Source of the DNA: Escherichia phage cardinal
Sequence record: PQ567651.1
Length of the DNA: 64,000 nucleotides
Direction: 5' to 3' (one strand)
The notes under the pieces are model-generated. The model saw only the letters and a program-made list of their open reading frames with translations, ran no database searches and had not been told where the DNA came from. Made by a program: the position numbers and the translations under genes. Every line of letters starts with the position of its first letter. Within the stretch, counting starts at the first letter, position 1. Shown in pieces: positions 1 to 9,018 of this stretch.

Positions 1-1
1 G

Positions 2-274
2 GAAGTTCAGGACAGTGAAAAAACTCGTTGCCTCACGACTGTGCCTAAAGACGTACTATTAGCTTACATTCCACCTGGAAGATATCTAGATGCCTTTGAA
101 AAATTAAGTGAAGGCGTACATTATAGAAAGTTAACGGTTAAAGAGTGTTGCCGCTTGCAAGGTGTGCCAGATGACTACTTTAAAGTGAGTAGTAACACAC
201 AAGCATATAAGATGTTAGGTAACGGTTGGACTATACCTGTCATTGCACATATTCTTAAATGTATGGAGGAATAG
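2..274 (+). CDS. DNA (cytosine-5) methyltransferase, C-terminal fragment (gene begins upstream of window)
   Basis: C-terminal C5-MTase pattern RKLTVKECCRLQGVPDDY ... MLGNGWTIPVIAHI; frame open to window edge. Confidence 0.7.
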   Translation, partial: EVQDSEKTRCLTTVPKDVLLAYIPPGRYLDAFEKLSEGVHYRKLTVKECCRLQGVPDDYFKVSSNTQAYKMLGNGWTIPVIAHILKCMEE

Positions 275-397
275 TGGAAACATTGTGGAAAGGCTGGAAG
301 ACTGCTCTGATAGCTTTTATAATTCCATTAACTTTTCTTGGTTGGTGTTTTTGGGAATTTATCTTTTGGTTAATTTCCCATATACATTGGGGGTAAT

Positions 398-1006
398 ATG
401 ACTCAAAAAGTTGCATATCAAGTAGATCGTGAAGATGGTGAAGGTAGTGTTGTAGTTTTTGATACACATGGTCTTGCAGCAAGACGCAAAGGCGCTTGTC
501 TACTGGACATTGGTGGTGAAGATGAATACTGCACTGTACGTAGAGTAAAAGAATTTGATCAATATGCTGAAAAAGGTTTTGTACCCGTGAAAGCACTATT
601 AGAAGCTGGATGGTGGATACCTAGTGCACATGATTATGATATTTTGGAAGATACAGATGAATTCAACAGTGAAGATTTTGTTTTTTCTCTGGATGAAAAA
701 TGCGTTTGGAAAAACTGGGATGAAATGGAACGCCATGCTTATTTTATAAACGAAGCATTAGATCGTAAAACTTGGTTTGAAAATACAGTTAAAGCAGCGT
801 ATCCTCAATTTACTTTTATACAGTTTTGGGGTGGCCCACATCATATTACTCATACAGCATATTTCGAGTTCCCAGGTTCACGTTATAAAGGTACTGTTTA
901 TTGGGATTGGGACGAGGACAAAGAACCTTCTGCTCAAGACTTCCGTTGCTATGTTTGTCAAGGTGATCAAGAAGCCCTTGACAAGTACCTTAAAAGTCTG
1001 GTATAA
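398..1006 (+). CDS. hypothetical protein
   Basis: 202-aa ORF, purine-rich stretch before ATG, followed by hairpin terminator. Confidence 0.5.
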   Translation: MTQKVAYQVDREDGEGSVVVFDTHGLAARRKGACLLDIGGEDEYCTVRRVKEFDQYAEKGFVPVKALLEAGWWIPSAHDYDILEDTDEFNSEDFVFSLDEKCVWKNWDEMERHAYFINEALDRKTWFENTVKAAYPQFTFIQFWGGPHHITHTAYFEFPGSRYKGTVYWDWDEDKEPSAQDFRCYVCQGDQEALDKYLKSLV

Positions 1007-1023
1007 TCCGTAAAACTTAACCA

Positions 1024-1050
1024 AAGCCCCCCAAGCAGGGGCTTTATTTG
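1024..1050 (+). terminator. rho-independent terminator
   Basis: aagcccc-ccaagca-ggggctt hairpin followed by tatttg. Confidence 0.5.
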
Positions 1051-1062
1051 TCTGGAGGATAT

Positions 1063-1617
1063 ATGGGTTTTGATGATATGTTATTATATGAGGAGGCTTG
1101 TGTGAAAGAAGCTATGGCTTTACCAGTTTTATCTATTGATATTACAACAGTAGACACTTTTTCAGATTGTGAAACGTGTGGATCGTATTCAAGTATTGTA
1201 CATGTGGTCTGTGGGGATTTAGGCACTTACGAAGATGGAGATTATGCAAGTTGTTTAGGTGATAATCAAGATGGTGAAGTGGCAAATGTTGCAAACTGGA
1301 TTGCTTCTAAGTTAAAAGAAAGAAATCGTCCGTTCCCTAATCTTCTTACACCAGAAGCTATGCTTAAAGCTGAACAAGAGATGTATGATTATGGTTATAA
1401 AGTAGATTATGACTATAATGATCCTAATTATAAAAAATTGAGTGACAAGTATTGGGAACTAGCTAACGCTTATGATAAATACTACTCTACAGAAAACATT
1501 GTTAAATTGTTTTTAGATTTTGGAGTAGAAATTAATTGGGATTTCGAAGAGGAAGAGCGTTACGACGCATCTTCTTGGGATGATGATTACGAAGAGGATA
1601 TTGAATGCGAAGAGTAA
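1063..1617 (+). CDS. acidic hypothetical protein
   Basis: ORF with GGAGG RBS before ATG at 1063; D/E-rich C-terminus. Confidence 0.5.
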   Translation: MGFDDMLLYEEACVKEAMALPVLSIDITTVDTFSDCETCGSYSSIVHVVCGDLGTYEDGDYASCLGDNQDGEVANVANWIASKLKERNRPFPNLLTPEAMLKAEQEMYDYGYKVDYDYNDPNYKKLSDKYWELANAYDKYYSTENIVKLFLDFGVEINWDFEEEERYDASSWDDDYEEDIECEE

Positions 1618-2417
1618 TTTTTGTTAGTGGCGCAGGACTATCTGTGGATAGCGGTATCCCAGCTTTTAGAACAGATACTTCTTCAGGGGAGGCGTTATGG
1701 TCTTCTTATGATCTTTCTGAGGTTTGTGACATTTTCAACTTCCGTGACGGTTATCAGCAAGAACAAGGTGTTCTTGATGCTATGGGTGGTTTAGATGCGG
1801 AAGGATATAACCTCTACCGTAAAACTCACGACTTTTACAATAAACGTCGCGTGGAATTAGAGAAAGTTGACCCGAATCCAGCACATCTTCAGATTGGAGA
1901 ATGGTTCAAAAAATATGGCCCAGAACGAATTATTAACATTACTACTAACGTGGATGACCTCCTTGAACGAGCAGGAGTAGATAGGGAAGAAGTGCTACAT
2001 GTGCACGGTTTTCTTCCTGAAATTACTTTTCAAAGAAAAGCCGGACAACCTACAATTGTAAAAGATGTTGGTTATCAAGCCATAGATGTAGATGACTACC
2101 ATTATGTAAAACCTAATGTAATTTTCTTTGGGGAAGCTGCTCCACTTTACACGGATATGTATTATATTTTTGATACACTGACGGCTCAAGATTTGGTTGT
2201 AGTAGTAGGATGTTCAAACCAAGTTATCAATTTTAATTGGGAATTATTCCCTGCACTTAATATGGGTACAAAAATGATCGTTGTTAACCCAGGAATTAAT
2301 TACGAAGAAACTCTTCTTTACGAAGATAGAGGAGTCTTTGTTTATCGAGAAAAGGCCGCAGATGCTTTTAGCAATCCTGCTTTCATAAAAATGATAGAAG
2401 ATCATTTGACTAAATAA
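1605..2417 (+). CDS. Sir2-family (sirtuin-like) NAD-binding protein lacking the zinc-ribbon module
   Basis: Motifs FVSGAGLSVDSGIPAFRTD (GAGxS..GIPxFR), ITTNVDDLL, VLHVHG, PNVIFFGE; no CxxC pairs. Confidence 0.7.
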   Translation: MRRVIFVSGAGLSVDSGIPAFRTDTSSGEALWSSYDLSEVCDIFNFRDGYQQEQGVLDAMGGLDAEGYNLYRKTHDFYNKRRVELEKVDPNPAHLQIGEWFKKYGPERIINITTNVDDLLERAGVDREEVLHVHGFLPEITFQRKAGQPTIVKDVGYQAIDVDDYHYVKPNVIFFGEAAPLYTDMYYIFDTLTAQDLVVVVGCSNQVINFNWELFPALNMGTKMIVVNPGINYEETLLYEDRGVFVYREKAADAFSNPAFIKMIEDHLTK

Positions 2418-2424
2418 CTTAACC

Positions 2425-2447
2425 AAGGGGCGAAAGCCCCTTTTCTT
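2425..2447 (+). terminator. rho-independent terminator
   Basis: aaggggc-gaaa-gcccctt hairpin plus T-rich tail. Confidence 0.5.
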
Positions 2448-2460
2448 ATAGGAGAATATT

Positions 2461-2718
2461 ATGACCACAGAACAAATCGTTAAAGACCATTTTATGATGC
2501 ACTACGTTTATTACTTCAATAATAATCAACAGAAAGGTGAGGGATTTTGTTATCTATCCGCACAACAAGGTTTTGGTATCCGTCAAGCAGATATTAACGG
2601 AGCAGTGGCTGGAATTACAAAAGGCTTGGTTGCAAACCTTAAAGACAATGTTGTTGTTGTCCCAACGTGCATCTCTTACCTCTCAACCTGCCCTGAAGAA
2701 GATTTTATGCATTCCTAA
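2461..2718 (+). CDS. hypothetical protein
   Basis: 85-aa ORF with AGGAGA RBS. Confidence 0.45.
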   Translation: MTTEQIVKDHFMMHYVYYFNNNQQKGEGFCYLSAQQGFGIRQADINGAVAGITKGLVANLKDNVVVVPTCISYLSTCPEEDFMHS

Positions 2719-2785
2719 AACCTCCTGTAACGAATTCTAACGCACTTTTTATTTTAGTAATACGTTTCCCTATCCAATGCAAACA

Positions 2786-2820
2786 AAAGCCCCTAGAATC
2801 GCTTCTAGGGGCTTTATTTT
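2786..2820 (+). terminator. rho-independent terminator
   Basis: aaagcccctagaa-tcgc-ttctaggggcttt hairpin followed by atttt. Confidence 0.55.
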
Positions 2821-2893
2821 AGTCTTCTGTAAAATATCCTATGACAACAATGATAAAGATGATTAACACTACGATACTCTCTAGTAAAGTCAT

Positions 2894-3115
2894 CTATAAA
2901 TCTCGTTCATATAGTTCAATTATCAATTCATCCTCTGCTGTTATCGTACCAATTTGCCAAGTGTGAAGATAAACCTCTGTGTAAGAGTGTATCTTACTAT
3001 CTAACAAGCACAACCACGTATTGTTGCTTACCTTTTCTTGAATATGAACCTTAACCACGAAAGGGTGAGGGTTATCTACTAAGAAACCAATACTACCTTC
3101 TACAACTACAGACAT
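2894..3115 (-). CDS. hypothetical protein
   Basis: ORF with AGGAGG RBS on minus strand. Confidence 0.5.
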   Translation of the reverse strand: MSVVVEGSIGFLVDNPHPFVVKVHIQEKVSNNTWLCLLDSKIHSYTEVYLHTWQIGTITAEDELIIELYERDL

Positions 3116-3169
3116 AATACCTCCTATTATTTATGCTAAGAAAATACTTATAACAAATAAAGAACACAC

Positions 3170-3197
3170 ATACAAGAAAACCCGCCGAAGCGGGTTT
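3170..3197 (-). terminator. hairpin terminator (bidirectional-looking)
   Basis: aaacccgc-cgaa-gcgggttt hairpin with T-run on minus strand after gene 3203-3526. Confidence 0.45.
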
Positions 3198-3202
3198 ATG
3201 TG

Positions 3203-3526
3203 TTATACAATGTGTTTTGTTTTAACGTGCGAAGATTTAAAAATCTTATTATGTAATGAAATACGATTATCACGGAACACATAATAGTTAACAACATCTG
3301 GTTTATCAACACAGAGTGTAGCCACAACTTTCATAGGTATAGATACATTCTCACGAAGAGTAACACTACCTTTCAAACGTTCAGATGAAATGTGAATCAA
3401 ACCTTCTTTTTCATCAATGATAACTTCTTTAACATTTTTGAAATTATAACAAGAGTTGTCAACATAAGATACCCTTGCTTTTGTTTGCTTCTGTTTAGGA
3501 CGAGAACCAGTGTTTATTTTTTGCAT
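3203..3526 (-). CDS. hypothetical protein
   Basis: 107-aa ORF in co-directional block. Confidence 0.5.
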   Translation of the reverse strand: MQKINTGSRPKQKQTKARVSYVDNSCYNFKNVKEVIIDEKEGLIHISSERLKGSVTLRENVSIPMKVVATLCVDKPDVVNYYVFRDNRISLHNKIFKSSHVKTKHIV

Positions 3527-3534
3527 AGTTTTCC

Positions 3535-3822
3535 TTATTTGCTTTCACGAGCAAAATAATAATTTTCATATTCATTACGTGTAACGATTTCTGGATGATC
3601 AGGTTCACCGTAACTAAGTTTAATTTCAGGATACACTTTGGTGTTGAATAGACACGTAACACCTCTCATATAATATCCTGTAGGACTTAAAACAACATCA
3701 TCTTCACTTACACTTGAGAATTTTATTTCACCATTAGTATCTTTGACGACAATAAGAGCATGTTCAGGCCAATCAAGATTCTCTTCTTTCAGTTTTTCAT
3801 AAACTTCTTGCACTAGTTCCAT
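3535..3822 (-). CDS. hypothetical protein
   Basis: 95-aa ORF, GAGGAGG RBS immediately upstream. Confidence 0.55.
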   Translation of the reverse strand: MELVQEVYEKLKEENLDWPEHALIVVKDTNGEIKFSSVSEDDVVLSPTGYYMRGVTCLFNTKVYPEIKLSYGEPDHPEIVTRNEYENYYFARESK

Positions 3823-3831
3823 ATTGCCTCC

Positions 3832-4005
3832 TCAGATTACAAATTTTTCTTCTTCTGGTTTCTCGTAGTTGGGAGAATAAACGTGGGATGGATTAAAACC
3901 TTTAAAGCTACCCCGCCCTTTTCGTGGACAATTGAATGTTTTAGCTTTGTGATCACCAAAAGATTTACCACAATGTACACATTTATAATTGGTATCTTTG
4001 AACAT
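3832..4005 (-). CDS. small Cys-rich (zinc-ribbon-like) protein, 57 aa
   Basis: MFKDTNYKCVHCGKSFGDHKAKTFNCPRKG..., strong AGGAG RBS; below the 60-aa track cutoff; replaces GTG-start track ORF 3837-4034. Confidence 0.5.
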   Translation of the reverse strand: MFKDTNYKCVHCGKSFGDHKAKTFNCPRKGRGSFKGFNPSHVYSPNYEKPEEEKFVI

Positions 4006-4160
4006 TTTACTCTCCTTTGAAAGATAGGCTGCACAGCAGTACAGCCTTTTAAAAATTAGTGTTTAAATTTTTCGATTACTTCGTCAACTTTAGCGATGAT
4101 AACATCTTGGTACTTGTGACCAAAATAACCAACAACAACACCAACAATAAACGTCATCAT

Positions 4161-4760
4161 TTACTTCTCCTTTTTAACTATAATTGCTTCTTCATTCAGG
4201 GTAAACAGCAAGGAAGATGTATCACCAACACACCTTGCACCTGGAATGAGTTCTAAAATCTTAGAGGATATAGCAATAGTATCTTCATCCAGTACATATT
4301 CTCCAGGTAACAATCTTAATGTTATTGGAAAATCTACGGATGCCAAACCAGAGAACATCCCATCATTAAGAAGAACAACTTCTAAACCGTTGCCTTCTTG
4401 TTGTGCATTATGCACTTTTTCAGGTAAGAAGTCAATACATTGATTTAAAATTTCCACATTTAATTCTACGCCAGTCCGAGCTTTATAAACTCTAGCCAAA
4501 TCTATGATCCGAGGATCAATACTGGCGTAAGGAGATTCTAGGTGTTTTGGGTCAATAGGAGCAACGCGCAATTTACCATCGAGAGATATCCACGTTACAA
4601 TCCACATTTCACCAACCCCAGGTTGATCTCGCTCAGTAAGGAATTCTACTAATGCTCCAGGGTTAGGCATTATGTAATCTTGTGTGATCAACATGTTCTT
4701 TACTCGCAAAAGCATTCCTGGCTTTAGTAAGCCCCTCTCACCACTCCAATATTCTTTCAT
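4161..4760 (-). CDS. hypothetical protein
   Basis: ORF; start moved to internal ATG (MKEYWSGE) with AGGAG RBS to avoid overlap. Confidence 0.5.
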   Translation of the reverse strand: MKEYWSGERGLLKPGMLLRVKNMLITQDYIMPNPGALVEFLTERDQPGVGEMWIVTWISLDGKLRVAPIDPKHLESPYASIDPRIIDLARVYKARTGVELNVEILNQCIDFLPEKVHNAQQEGNGLEVVLLNDGMFSGLASVDFPITLRLLPGEYVLDEDTIAISSKILELIPGARCVGDTSSLLFTLNEEAIIVKKEK

Positions 4761-4773
4761 TTTTACTCCTGAT

Positions 4774-5046
4774 TTAATGTCGTAGTTCACTAAACTTACA
4801 AACAAAGTGAACGTTAAGAAAAGTTAGTTTTCGATCTGGTGTAAACTCTGTTACTGTTTTATACACCTGTGCAATACCGAACCTGTTGATAGCAGGTACT
4901 GACAATTGGCTTATACATTTCATAGCTGACAGTTTTGCCTCTTCTTCAGATGCAAAATAAGTAAAGATACCTTCTTCGTCAACTATAATTTCTTGTGTAA
5001 CACAATCTACAAAACAAAAGAAAACATTAGGTAATTTTTCCGACAT
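4774..5046 (-). CDS. hypothetical protein
   Basis: 90-aa ORF with RBS. Confidence 0.5.
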   Translation of the reverse strand: MSEKLPNVFFCFVDCVTQEIIVDEEGIFTYFASEEEAKLSAMKCISQLSVPAINRFGIAQVYKTVTEFTPDRKLTFLNVHFVCKFSELRH

Positions 5047-5047
5047 A

Positions 5048-5260
5048 TTAGTTGTTCCTGTACTTAGAGAACAAAGTATTGACTAACCAGTCAGCAAACA
5101 GTAATCCAAGTGTACCAATACCGTAACCGATAAGCATAATGTAAGGCACTGCCTTATTTTCATTACCTGTCATTACTTCAGGAAAAATCAAAAACACAAT
5201 ACCGTTACCAACGATAATCCAGAACATAAGAAACACAAACATACGAAGCAACATTGTCAT
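5048..5260 (-). CDS. small hydrophobic (membrane) protein
   Basis: 70 aa, two hydrophobic segments. Confidence 0.5.
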   Translation of the reverse strand: MTMLLRMFVFLMFWIIVGNGIVFLIFPEVMTGNENKAVPYIMLIGYGIGTLGLLFADWLVNTLFSKYRNN

Positions 5261-5261
5261 A

Positions 5262-5444
5262 TTATTCTTCCTCCTTCACTTCTTCAACTTTACGAAGCAT
5301 ACGTTTATCAAATGTAGCTTTCTGTAGTTGTTCATTAACATCAAACCACACCACTTCGCAAGTATCGTAGGTAGATACCATTACAGTCATTAACATTTCT
5401 TCACTGGCAAGACGTACAATATCACCTGTTTTAATATTTACCAT
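5262..5444 (-). CDS. hypothetical protein
   Basis: 60-aa ORF, packed between neighbours. Confidence 0.45.
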   Translation of the reverse strand: MVNIKTGDIVRLASEEMLMTVMVSTYDTCEVVWFDVNEQLQKATFDKRMLRKVEEVKEEE

Positions 5445-5848
5445 AACTCCTCCAGAAGTTTACCAAGTTTAGTTTTAAATTCATTATCCCACGCTATACG
5501 AACTATGTCAAGATCACCTTGTGCATTACGTTTTGTATCTAAGTAGTAACCACCATGCTCATAGCGGTGTTTTATATGCTCGATCAGACGTTCTTTACCA
5601 CTCTTAGATAAATAATCATCAAATTCCCCATTGAAAAGGTCTAAGATTGTTTGTCTATTATCTCCTAATTGAGTGATTCTAAAGCTAATCAAACATCCCT
5701 GTAAACCTATATCTGTTTGTTTAAGAGAAAACTCATGACCAAAGCCGCCTGTAACTATAACAAGCGGTTTTCCTGTGATAGAGCTTTTAATAACATCTTG
5801 CTTAGGTTCTGCCAAAGATGTTAGAAACTCTTTTAACCATTTGAACAT
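5438..5848 (-). CDS. hypothetical protein
   Basis: 136-aa ORF. Confidence 0.5.
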   Translation of the reverse strand: MFKWLKEFLTSLAEPKQDVIKSSITGKPLVIVTGGFGHEFSLKQTDIGLQGCLISFRITQLGDNRQTILDLFNGEFDDYLSKSGKERLIEHIKHRYEHGGYYLDTKRNAQGDLDIVRIAWDNEFKTKLGKLLEELW

Positions 5849-6008
5849 AAACTCTCCTGTGTGGCGTGGCTTTGCCTAAGCGCCGAAGGCGCGGATCAAA
5901 TATAAGCTGAATTTATTACGCCCAGGTAGCCAGGGCGCATAAATATCAGAAATTTACCATCGAATAACTATTCGAGTAAAATTTTCATCGTAATGAGATG
6001 TTTCTGTA

Positions 6009-6203
6009 TCAATAAAAGTTGAAAAAACCTTCAGCATCCAAGCTAACTTTTGCGAAAGTTGGATAAAGCGTGTATATAGCAACTTCTCTGTCTCCATCTT
6101 TAGCTGCTCTCTCAATATACGCGTAGATATTTTGTAAACTCTCCTTTGCTTTGTTAAGTTCTGCGTTTTCTGCCAGTTCTCTCATTTTATCTGCTACAGT
6201 CAT
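6009..6203 (-). CDS. hypothetical protein
   Basis: 64-aa ORF. Confidence 0.45.
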   Translation of the reverse strand: MTVADKMRELAENAELNKAKESLQNIYAYIERAAKDGDREVAIYTLYPTFAKVSLDAEGFFNFY

Positions 6204-6472
6204 TTGTCAGTATCCTTTTCAATAAATCCTGTGGTTTTACAAGGCACACATTCATACATCTGTCCAACATCTGCAACTACCCAACCCATTCCATTGCAAT
6301 AAGGACAGATTGTTTTGTTCTCTTTAGCATACACAGCCAGAAGTCTTTCTTCTAGCTTGTTGTAATCAGCAAGAAGAACATAGTCTCCTTCTGGATCTGG
6401 TACAATATCACATTGACCAGCAGCACCTTGGCTGTACACCTCTAAATCATATCGTGTAACCATTATTCCCAC
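6200..6472 (-). CDS. small zinc-ribbon-like protein
   Basis: CPYCNG...CVPCK cysteine pairs; overlapping start/stop with neighbours. Confidence 0.5.
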   Translation of the reverse strand: MGIMVTRYDLEVYSQGAAGQCDIVPDPEGDYVLLADYNKLEERLLAVYAKENKTICPYCNGMGWVVADVGQMYECVPCKTTGFIEKDTDK

Positions 6473-6681
6473 TCCGCAATCAGTTTTGGATTTTCTGCAC
6501 GAGAATAGAATGTTGTAATGTCACCGTAAGTGTACTCTTGTTCCGACAGTTTTACAAGAGAGATCATTTCACGATCTGGAGTACCAGGAATCCAATCAAA
6601 TACGGCAACGCCACGTGGTGTTACATAGAAACCAGATGTATTACCCGTAAACTTATCTTTTCCTTTATATAATTTGTACAC
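6463..6681 (-). CDS. hypothetical protein
   Basis: 72-aa ORF. Confidence 0.45.
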   Translation of the reverse strand: MYKLYKGKDKFTGNTSGFYVTPRGVAVFDWIPGTPDREMISLVKLSEQEYTYGDITTFYSRAENPKLIAEWE

Positions 6682-6734
6682 TTTCTACTCCTCATAGATA
6701 GAATCTATTAAAAACCTGCTATCAATCGGTATAA

Positions 6735-6805
6735 ACAGTTTTACTTTTCGTAAAAAACATGCTACCCTAATCTTATATACCGAGCGATAGCGAGGTAGAG
6801 AATAT
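6735..6805 (+). promoter_or_regulatory. conserved ~70-nt intergenic element, copy A
   Basis: ttttacttttcgtaaaaaacatgctaccctaa...cgagcgatagcgaggtag matches copy at 33616-33685. Confidence 0.4.
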
Positions 6806-6888
6806 TCCATGTTATACATGGAAAGAGTATATGTAATGTTACTAACTCTATAACTAACTATATACTCTTTATACCTTACTTACTACTC

Positions 6889-7131
6889 TTATTGAAGTTC
6901 AAAGATATCCCCATCTCCATCATATCCATACTCTAACTCTCCTGTATCATATAATACAATAAAGTCTGTATCATCTTCAATAAAAGATTTAGCATAATCT
7001 ACTAACTCTTCATTATCTTCATACCCTTCCAGGTACTCAATACGACCATTGATACATTTAGCTGCAACAACTCCTGGGCCATTGCTTGGAGTCCACTCAC
7101 TGTATACTCGCATACCTAATTCTTTAATCAT
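6889..7131 (-). CDS. hypothetical protein
   Basis: ORF; start set at ATG preceded by GAGGAG. Confidence 0.5.
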   Translation of the reverse strand: MIKELGMRVYSEWTPSNGPGVVAAKCINGRIEYLEGYEDNEELVDYAKSFIEDDTDFIVLYDTGELEYGYDGDGDIFELQ

Positions 7132-7348
7132 TGTTTGTCTCCTCATAATCAATGTAGTTGTAACACTTATTCTTTAAGAAATCTTCTGCTTGTTTCTTGT
7201 GTTTTAGAATGATGCACTTCTCTTTATTCTGTTCTACATCATTATGTAGATTGTATAAGTTAGATGCACCATACAGAATACCAATTAACAAAAGCAAAAA
7301 GATTGCTGTTGATAACAAAAATTGTTGCAACTTGTTTACAGACTTCAT
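7124..7348 (-). CDS. small membrane-anchored protein (paralog of 12134-12343)
   Basis: N-terminal hydrophobic helix; shared C-terminal motif C(I/V)(I/V)LKH..AE.FL...Y.(D/N)Y; AAGGAGG RBS. Confidence 0.55.
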   Translation of the reverse strand: MKSVNKLQQFLLSTAIFLLLLIGILYGASNLYNLHNDVEQNKEKCIILKHKKQAEDFLKNKCYNYIDYEETNND

Positions 7349-7401
7349 AAACCCTCCTTATCGTTAGTACACATTGATACTAACAAGAAGTTAAGATCGT
7401 G

Positions 7402-7575
7402 TCAACATCTTTGTGTTAATTTTATCCACTGTTCACATTCTTCTTTTGTGTCGTACTCTACAGGCTTTCCTGTATCATTTCCACAACCATCTCCGAACGT
7501 AGCCCACCAGGAGAATAGAAAACAAGTTTCTCTTACTCTCCACTTATTGGCATAAGGTACAACATAATAACTCAT
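7402..7575 (-). CDS. small Cys/Trp-rich protein, 57 aa
   Basis: ATG overlaps upstream stop (ATGA); below track cutoff. Confidence 0.4.
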   Translation of the reverse strand: MSYYVVPYANKWRVRETCFLFSWWATFGDGCGNDTGKPVEYDTKEECEQWIKLTQRC

Positions 7576-7823
7576 AAGATTGTGATCCTTAGTTCATTTT
7601 CTAAGGTATGTCTCACACATTCTTTGAAATTGTTATCAATATAAACAACACGTACTCCATGAGGTGTTTCTTTACATTCAAACACATTATATACAGTGTC
7701 AGATAAGACATGTTGTACGTTTACTTGTCCAATACCATCTTTAACCACAACCATCACTTTCAGTAAACTTGTATGGTTTTTAACTTCATCTTCTACGTAT
7801 GCTACAACATCTTTGATATTCAT
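7572..7823 (-). CDS. hypothetical protein
   Basis: 83-aa ORF, AGGAGA RBS. Confidence 0.5.
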   Translation of the reverse strand: MNIKDVVAYVEDEVKNHTSLLKVMVVVKDGIGQVNVQHVLSDTVYNVFECKETPHGVRVVYIDNNFKECVRHTLENELRITIL

Positions 7824-8119
7824 TGTTTCTCCTGTTTAAGTACGATATAAGATTGACGAGATTTCCATCGTCCTATCTTAACAAGGCAAATAATGCCTCT
7901 CTTTAACAGATATTTCATATCTTCGTCATAAGCTGTTTGCAATTGCCACTTACTGTTAACAGGAAGAGAACCATGTACCCTTAAATGAGCTAACAGATAC
8001 TTTCTTCGCTCCTTCCCATAAGGCAGATATTGCCATTCTTTCTTTGATACAGGTTCATGTACTTTACGATGCCAGTAAGTAAGGTGTCTTCTTTTATGTA
8101 AACCCCTATTCCTTACCAT
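7820..8119 (-). CDS. basic hypothetical protein
   Basis: 99 aa, K/R/H-rich; GGAGG RBS. Confidence 0.5.
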   Translation of the reverse strand: MVRNRGLHKRRHLTYWHRKVHEPVSKKEWQYLPYGKERRKYLLAHLRVHGSLPVNSKWQLQTAYDEDMKYLLKRGIICLVKIGRWKSRQSYIVLKQEKQ

Positions 8120-8358
8120 TATACCTCTACCTCCGTTACCCCAGGATCTCTAGTCCAGGTGTAGTAGAGCATACCATCTTCTTTCAGTGCAATGCGATCA
8201 CTTTCGTCTCGAAGATATAGGTCACATACTACGCGCAGTTGCGGATCTGATCCGAGTAGTTCTGAAACAATAAGGTCATCACCGCTCATACGAGCAACAA
8301 TCACTGCATATTGACCAGTATCTGCATCAAAAATTGGTTGTCCGATGTTTAATTGCAT
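8119..8358 (-). CDS. hypothetical protein
   Basis: 79-aa ORF, AAGGAGA RBS. Confidence 0.5.
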   Translation of the reverse strand: MQLNIGQPIFDADTGQYAVIVARMSGDDLIVSELLGSDPQLRVVCDLYLRDESDRIALKEDGMLYYTWTRDPGVTEVEV

Positions 8359-8543
8359 TGTGTTGTCTCCTTATTCAGTACGTTGTTTTGTGCTGCGCAC
8401 CAGCACTCATAAAAACCTTGGGTTAATGGCATAGTGTAGTTTCCAGAAGGATCTCTTTCGAGATCCCCATCTGCATAACAACCACTACCTAAGAACCATT
8501 TTTCAAAATCGGATAAATCATCCCAATCTACACTATTTTTCAT
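8349..8543 (-). CDS. hypothetical protein
   Basis: ORF; start trimmed to internal ATG abutting upstream stop. Confidence 0.4.
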   Translation of the reverse strand: MKNSVDWDDLSDFEKWFLGSGCYADGDLERDPSGNYTMPLTQGFYECWCAAQNNVLNKETTQCN

Positions 8544-8544
8544 A

Positions 8545-9003
8545 TTATACTGTCTTATATCCGACAATAGCAACCTGATTCGTAGGCTTCCAACGACCAA
8601 TAATCTCACCAGAAATCTCTGTGCTACCATTTATGTATTGGTAATGGGTATCATCATGATTAACCCATGCCATAACGTCAAGAGTAGGGGTTTTGACGTG
8701 TACCAGTAGTGTAGCCCATTCTGGGGCTTCTTTAATATCCACAGAATCTTGCCAATCTTCTTCGATGTGCCAAGTAGGTTCGCCATCAACATCTGTAACG
8801 AAGAAACGAGCTTTCATACGTTTAAAGAACATTGGTGTATACCCATGATCGCACTCTGGGATAAAATCATCCATCGTTTCGTCATAGGTGAAATATTGTC
8901 CATCTTTATAATGAAAAGATGCACAAAACAGTTCATTACGAGCAGGAACATGCCATACAGCTACAAAACTACGACCATGTGGATAATGTTTAACCTCTTT
9001 CAT
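8545..9003 (-). CDS. hypothetical protein
   Basis: 152-aa ORF, AAGGAGA RBS. Confidence 0.55.
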   Translation of the reverse strand: MKEVKHYPHGRSFVAVWHVPARNELFCASFHYKDGQYFTYDETMDDFIPECDHGYTPMFFKRMKARFFVTDVDGEPTWHIEEDWQDSVDIKEAPEWATLLVHVKTPTLDVMAWVNHDDTHYQYINGSTEISGEIIGRWKPTNQVAIVGYKTV

Positions 9004-9018
9004 AGTTTTCTCCTTATT

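Noticed and set aside
3837-4034. 65-aa track ORF (GTG start)
   Set aside because: A different frame in the same interval (3832-4005) has a strong AGGAG RBS, an ATG start and a Cys-pair protein; the track ORF is probably spurious.
5862-5900. Hairpin gcgcc-gaa-ggcgc as a terminator
   Set aside because: Not followed by a U-run on the coding (minus) strand; position suggests an intergenic structural element instead.
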